DNA of 8,804 nucleotides, taken from Chlorokybus atmophyticus (lineage: Eukaryota > Plantae > Mesostigma and Chlorokybus algae). Below, piece by piece: positions 7,308 to 8,804 of this stretch. The DNA lies in contig RHPI01000536.1 in assembly GCA_009103225.1 (NCBI GenBank), positions 3,578-12,381 of the forward strand. The letters are read 5' to 3'. Below the pieces are notes generated by a model. The model saw nothing but the letters and a program-made list of their open reading frames with translations. It had not been told where the DNA came from and made no database searches. A program made the translations under genes and the position numbers. Numbering within the stretch: the first letter of the stretch is position 1; the number at the start of each line of letters is the position of its first letter.

Positions 7308-7724
7308 CCCCACCTCAGCACCAACGACGCCACGGGCGCCCGACATGAGTTGGGTCCTACAGCTGCACCTTCAGGTATGGCCACCATGTTCGCTGTCGCT
7401 GCGCTACGCTCGGGACGCAGGACTTAGACCACTGAGGCAGCAGCAGACGGGGACATGCCCGCTCTCGAGCCCGCCATCACCACCACCGATCCTTTATCAA
7501 AAGAAGCAATCGCTGCCGACCCGGAGGTGGATGATGAGGAGCTGGCACCCACCGACACACGACAAGACATCTGGCTGGACGAGCCATCCCTCGCACTGCT
7601 TCAGACTGGACAACTTCCAGCAGGCATGAGCGCACGCGAGAAGGACCGCGTCCGACAACGCACTCAGCGTTACCGCTGGGCCAACGACAGGCTGTATCGA
7701 CGGATACAAGATGCAGATCAGGAG

Positions 7725-8804
7725 GTCCCCACACCAGCTGCACGTGAAGGCATCATCTCCTCCCTTCACACCGAGCTCGGGCACTTCGGTGTCAAGCGCA
7801 CGGTCAGCCTGGTCAGGACCCAGTACTGGTGGTATGGGGTGCACAGACAGGTGCGGGAGTTCGTCAGCAACTGTCAGCAGTGTGACATGGTTCGCGCCAG
7901 CCTCAACACGCGCAATGCCTTGCATCCCCTTCCCATTTTCGGGTTGTTCTACCGCTGGGGACTGGACATCCTCGGAGACCTATCGCCCTCAGCACGAGGC
8001 AACCGCTACATCCTCGTCATGATCGAGCACTTCTCCAAGTGGGTGGAGCTGGTGCCCCTGCCCGACAAGAGCAGTGAGGGAGTAGCCCAGGCTTTCCTCT
8101 CCCATGTACTCGGACGCTTCGGCAGCTGCGCTGAAGTCATCACCGACCAGGGTACGGAGTTAAGAGGAGCCTTCGACAAGCTTATGGACAGATGCTTCAT
8201 CGACCACCGTCGCACCTCACGCGACCACCCGCAGGCCGACGGCCTCGCCGAGCGTACCGTGCAGACCATCAAGAAGGCACTGCGCAAGTACGTCCTTGCC
8301 TACGAGAAGAACACCTGGGATGATCACCTCTCATGGGTAGCAATGGGCTACCGGCTGTCCAAGCAGGCAGCCCTGCGAGAGTACAGCCCATACTATCTAC
8401 TGTTCGGAAGGCAGCCATTGCTCCCTTTCCGCGCACAGCAGGAGGTCGACAGAGTGGTGGACAATCTCGACAACCCCGACGAGATGTTGTATGATCTGAC
8501 AGTGCGCAGTGCGCTGTTCGAACACACAGTCCCCATGGCTTTCAACAACCTGCGCATCGCGCAGCACCGCGACACGATGCGTTACGAGCGTGTGCGCAGT
8601 GGTTTCTACAAGGAGCGGGAGCGCCGCTTCGAGTTAGGAGACTTCGTCTACCGTATGGCGTCTACACGCGACACCCTCGATACCTCCGTCGGGCGTGCTG
8701 TCTACAAGGTATTGAAGGTGCACCCCACAGGGGTACTGGACCTGTTGGGACAACGAGGCGAGCGCATGAAGGACAACATGGTCAACTGTGCGCCCTGTCA
8801 TCTC
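7725..8804 (+). other. Integrase (HHCC zinc finger, DDE core, start of the C-terminal domain), open to the window edge
   Basis: H7767, H7782, C7872, C7881; WGLD (D7965), TDQG (D8145), GLAER (E8250); SPYYLLFGRQP; FELGDFVY. Confidence 0.95.

Larger units (their letters stand above)
1..8804 (+). mobile_element. Ty3/Gypsy LTR retrotransposon, internal region (gag-pol) carrying a C5 DNA methyltransferase; non-autonomous/degenerate copy; LTRs outside the window
   Basis: Domain order Gag(CCHC)-PR-[DNMT]-RT-RNaseH-IN, with IN after RH, is diagnostic of Ty3/Gypsy. All motifs were read directly from translation of the + strand. Confidence 0.97.
2883..8804 (+). pseudogene. pol: pol polyprotein frame (unknown domain-PR-DNMT-RT-RNaseH-IN), interrupted by five in-frame stops and running off the window end
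   Basis: One continuous frame from 2883 to 8804. Stops: TAG 6711, TGA 6963, TGA 7104, TAA 7167, TAG 7425. Conserved pol motifs continue in the same frame across the first four stops, and the integrase follows in frame after the fifth. Confidence 0.93.

Noticed and set aside
6714-7427. Separate small genes at 6714-6965 and 7185-7427
   Set aside because: These are in-frame fragments of pol created by premature stops.
99-8575. The many short alternate-frame and antisense ORFs in the supplied track (e.g. 1746-2207 -, 2555-3226 +, 3611-4063 -, 6120-6566 -)
   Set aside because: They overlap the well-supported gag/pol frames, show no recognisable motifs, and are expected by-products of GC-rich, codon-biased or low-complexity coding sequence.
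1-8804. Ty1/Copia, DIRS or retrovirus (env-bearing) classification
   Set aside because: Integrase follows RNase H (not Copia), it is a DDE integrase rather than a tyrosine recombinase (not DIRS), and there is no env-like ORF or convincing transmembrane segment within the window.
1-8804. LTR, primer-binding site or polypurine tract
   Set aside because: No long terminal direct repeat or recognisable tRNA-complementary PBS was seen. Purine-rich runs such as ~2932-2950 are internal and coding.

Overview
The whole window is the internal coding region of one Ty3/Gypsy-type LTR retrotransposon on the + strand. No LTR, PBS or PPT is visible, and both window ends fall in open reading frame. ORF1 (142-2886) encodes a Gag with a capsid-like region, two zinc knuckles, an Asn/Gly/Tyr-rich 48-bp tandem repeat and a long unassigned tail. 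A -1-shifted pol frame (2883 to >8804) encodes an unassigned domain, aspartic protease, a complete C5 cytosine DNA methyltransferase catalytic domain, RT, RNase H and a DDE integrase. The main result is the DNMT3-like methyltransferase sitting in frame between protease and RT, with motifs I-X recognisable and an unusual W-E-C catalytic motif. Retrotransposon-borne DNMTs are known in principle (de Mendoza et al. 2018, dinoflagellates and charophytes), so novelty would be at the family or host level. This copy cannot transpose on its own: the first RT catalytic Asp is Asn, and five in-frame stops cluster in 6711-7427, while the rest of the coding sequence is stop-free. The host cannot be determined from the sequence; a GC-rich streptophyte alga or bryophyte is an inference only.
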